A DNA stretch of 64,000 bases from NCBI GenBank assembly GCA_025558095.1, contig JAIVFI010000042.1, positions 1-64,000 of the forward strand, given 5' to 3'. Below the pieces are notes generated by a model. The model did no database searches. It worked only from the letters and a program-made list of their open reading frames with translations, and was not told where the DNA came from. Below are positions 62,184 to 64,000 of the stretch, in pieces. The position numbers were made by a program, and so were the translations under genes. How positions within the stretch are numbered: position 1 is the first letter of the stretch; every line of letters begins with the position of its first letter. The DNA is from Hyaloraphidium curvatum SAG 235-1. Lineage: Eukaryota; Fungi; Monoblepharomycota.

Positions 62184-64000
62184 CTACGCCCCGACGAGGA
62201 ACGAAGCAACGACGGCCAGCACCGCCGCCAGCCATCCCGCCGCAAGCACGCCCGCCGACGACGGCCTCGACGTGGGCGCGACCACCGTGAGCGTCGCCGA
62301 TGCCGTCGGCGATACCACCCCGCCCGTGACGGTGGGCGTGGCCCTGTACCTCGGCGGGCACGCCGCGCCCAGGTCGCCGGTCCCGTTGGGCAGCCTGTTG
62401 GGCCCCGTGTTGAACATGTCGAGCCACCACGTGCGGTCGCACCACGTCGACTCCCCTCCCCCAAACGCCATCCGGTTGGTCGGGATCTCGTCGAGCCAGG
62501 CGTCCATGATCCCACTCTCGTTCTTCCCCTGCCCGATCACCAGGCGGAAGTCGCGGTCGTCGCCCCACTCCTCCTTGCGGATCTCGAACCACACGATGGC
62601 CCGGGTGAGGTTGTACCTGTCGAACGTGGACTCGTTGTAGAGCTGCCGCCACCAGGACTGCTTGATCTCGATGGCGGTGGGGCCGGTCTTGCCGACGTGC
62701 CACGCCGCGGCGGTCTCGGAGAAGAAGAAGGGCTTGTCCCGGCCGACGGCGAGGCGGCGGTAGTGGTTGCAGATGGGGAAGTTGCCGTACTTGTTGACGC
62801 CGTCGAGCCAGTTCCAGAGCGTGTTGTCGGGGACGATCTCGTTGATCGTCTGCCGAAAACGTCAGCCGCAACAAAACACCGCCCATCCGCCGCAACCCAC
62901 GTGGTCCTCGGTGCCGTAGAAGTAGATGCTCATGCCGACGATGTCCACGTAGTCGTCCCCGGGCCAGAAGGGCAGGTACGGGTCGTAGTCTGCGGGCCGC
63001 CACTCGCAGTCGGGGACGGCGTTGGGCGCCCACTCCATCTTGACGGCGGCACGTGTGGCGGGCCGCATGGCGTCGACGAACTCGCGCCAGATGCGGACGA
63101 AGAGGTCCTGCTGGTCGCCCCACGGGTACCTGGGGAAGCGGAGTTGGGTGAGAACCAGGGTCGGGGCGGCAGGCCTTCGAGGTAGAAACCGACCAGTTGC
63201 CGTTCATCTCGTGGCCCCAGCGGATGATAATCGGGAGGCCAAGGTCGACAAGCTCGTCGATAAGCTTGAGGAATCTGAGGATACGGAGAAAGAGTCAGAG
63301 CGACGTCGGAAAGGCGACCCGCTAGGCCCGATGCTATCCCGCTCAAGTGGATCGGGCTCAGGCGACCGGTGTCAGTCGCCTGAATGGCAGCCGAGGGCCG
63401 CGCATAGTGCCAGGCCTCGGGATCACAGGGCCCCGTTCTCCCGGATCAGGATCCGACACCCACGGCTCCGTGTAGCCACCCGGGTACATCGGGTCGCCCA
63501 TGGTGCAGTTGAGCACAATGTCGTTGCAGTCGCCTGCCTGGCCCTGCTTGGTGCAGTTCTTGTAGATGTAGGTGCCCGACGAGCAGTTGGACGTGCCCCA
63601 GTACTGCAGGCCCTCCCACGGCATGACGGCGATCGAGTAGGCTGCGCCGTAGCCGAGGTTGAGGACCTGCTTTGCGTGCCGCATCATGCGCTCCTCGCAG
63701 AAGGAGAAGTTGTACTTCTGGTCGCGGAGCGGCGAGGAGCCGACGTCGAAGAAGTCGCCGAAGATTGTGGCGTTGCGGCCCAGCAGCGCGTTGTACTCGG
63801 CGGCGCCGATGCCGTCGTCCCACGCGAGGTGCGCGCCGTGCGCGACGGGCGCGCGCGTCGACTGCGCGGACGGCGCGGCGGGGAGGCGGGTGGCCGTCGG
63901 CGCCTGCCGGGCGAGCAGCTCCACGGGGCCGGCCGCCGCGGGGGCGCACGCCGCGAGCAGCGCCGCAGCGCCGAACACCGCGAGGGCTCTGCGCAGCGCG
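62184..64000 (-). CDS. Secreted GH26 glycoside hydrolase (beta-mannanase-like), probable GPI anchor; 3 introns; start codon just beyond the window
   Basis: IIRWGHEMNGNW|YPWG, MEWAPN, PFWPGDDYVDIVGMSIY, KPFFFSETAA, AIVWFEIRKEE; Thr-rich linker and hydrophobic tail. Confidence 0.88.

Noticed and set aside
1-64000. Many long overlapping Arg/Pro/Gly-rich ORFs in the track (e.g. 2587..4548, 16122..17888, 20677..23043, 21446..24847, 27403..29340, 46863..48254)
   Set aside because: They are alternative-frame or antisense shadows of real genes, caused by stop-codon scarcity at high GC. They show no family motifs.
1-64000. Prokaryotic operons, CRISPR arrays, transposases, rRNA
   Set aside because: Spliceosomal introns and U6 show the DNA is eukaryotic. 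I saw no repeat-spacer array and no transposase, RT or rRNA motifs.

Overview
This is GC-rich eukaryotic genomic DNA, not prokaryotic. Genes are densely packed and carry short (mostly ~50-75 nt) GT-AG introns, so many ORF-track entries are exon fragments or antisense shadows. The gene content suggests an early-diverging (chytrid/monoblepharid-like) fungus; this is inference. It includes phosphorylase kinase alpha/beta, Menin, a PARP6/8-like ADP-ribosyltransferase, a DBH-like monooxygenase, GPI-anchored GH26 and lyase genes, and F-box/LRR paralogues. I can support about 30 protein genes or gene remnants and two U6 snRNA copies. The most interesting signals are: (1) a family of 7-TM proteins with gustatory-receptor-like/7TM-ion-channel topology, in four copies of differing decay, the two near-complete copies each lying between direct repeats of a neighbouring gene's 3' end; (2) a four-member family of three-exon, ~70-aa secreted 4-Cys peptide precursors with a Kex2-type KR site, which the ORF track misses or fragments; (3) an 856-bp near-perfect inverted duplication holding two convergent, atypical U6 genes (ISL insertion, extra 3' hairpin, no oligo-T terminator); (4) a clear Menin homologue that keeps a transglutaminase-like Cys/His pair; (5) a class I Fe-S fumarase with a mitochondrial presequence, an ILEI domain inside phosphorylase kinase, and three apparent pseudoenzymes. 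All assignments come from manual motif recognition. No searches were run.
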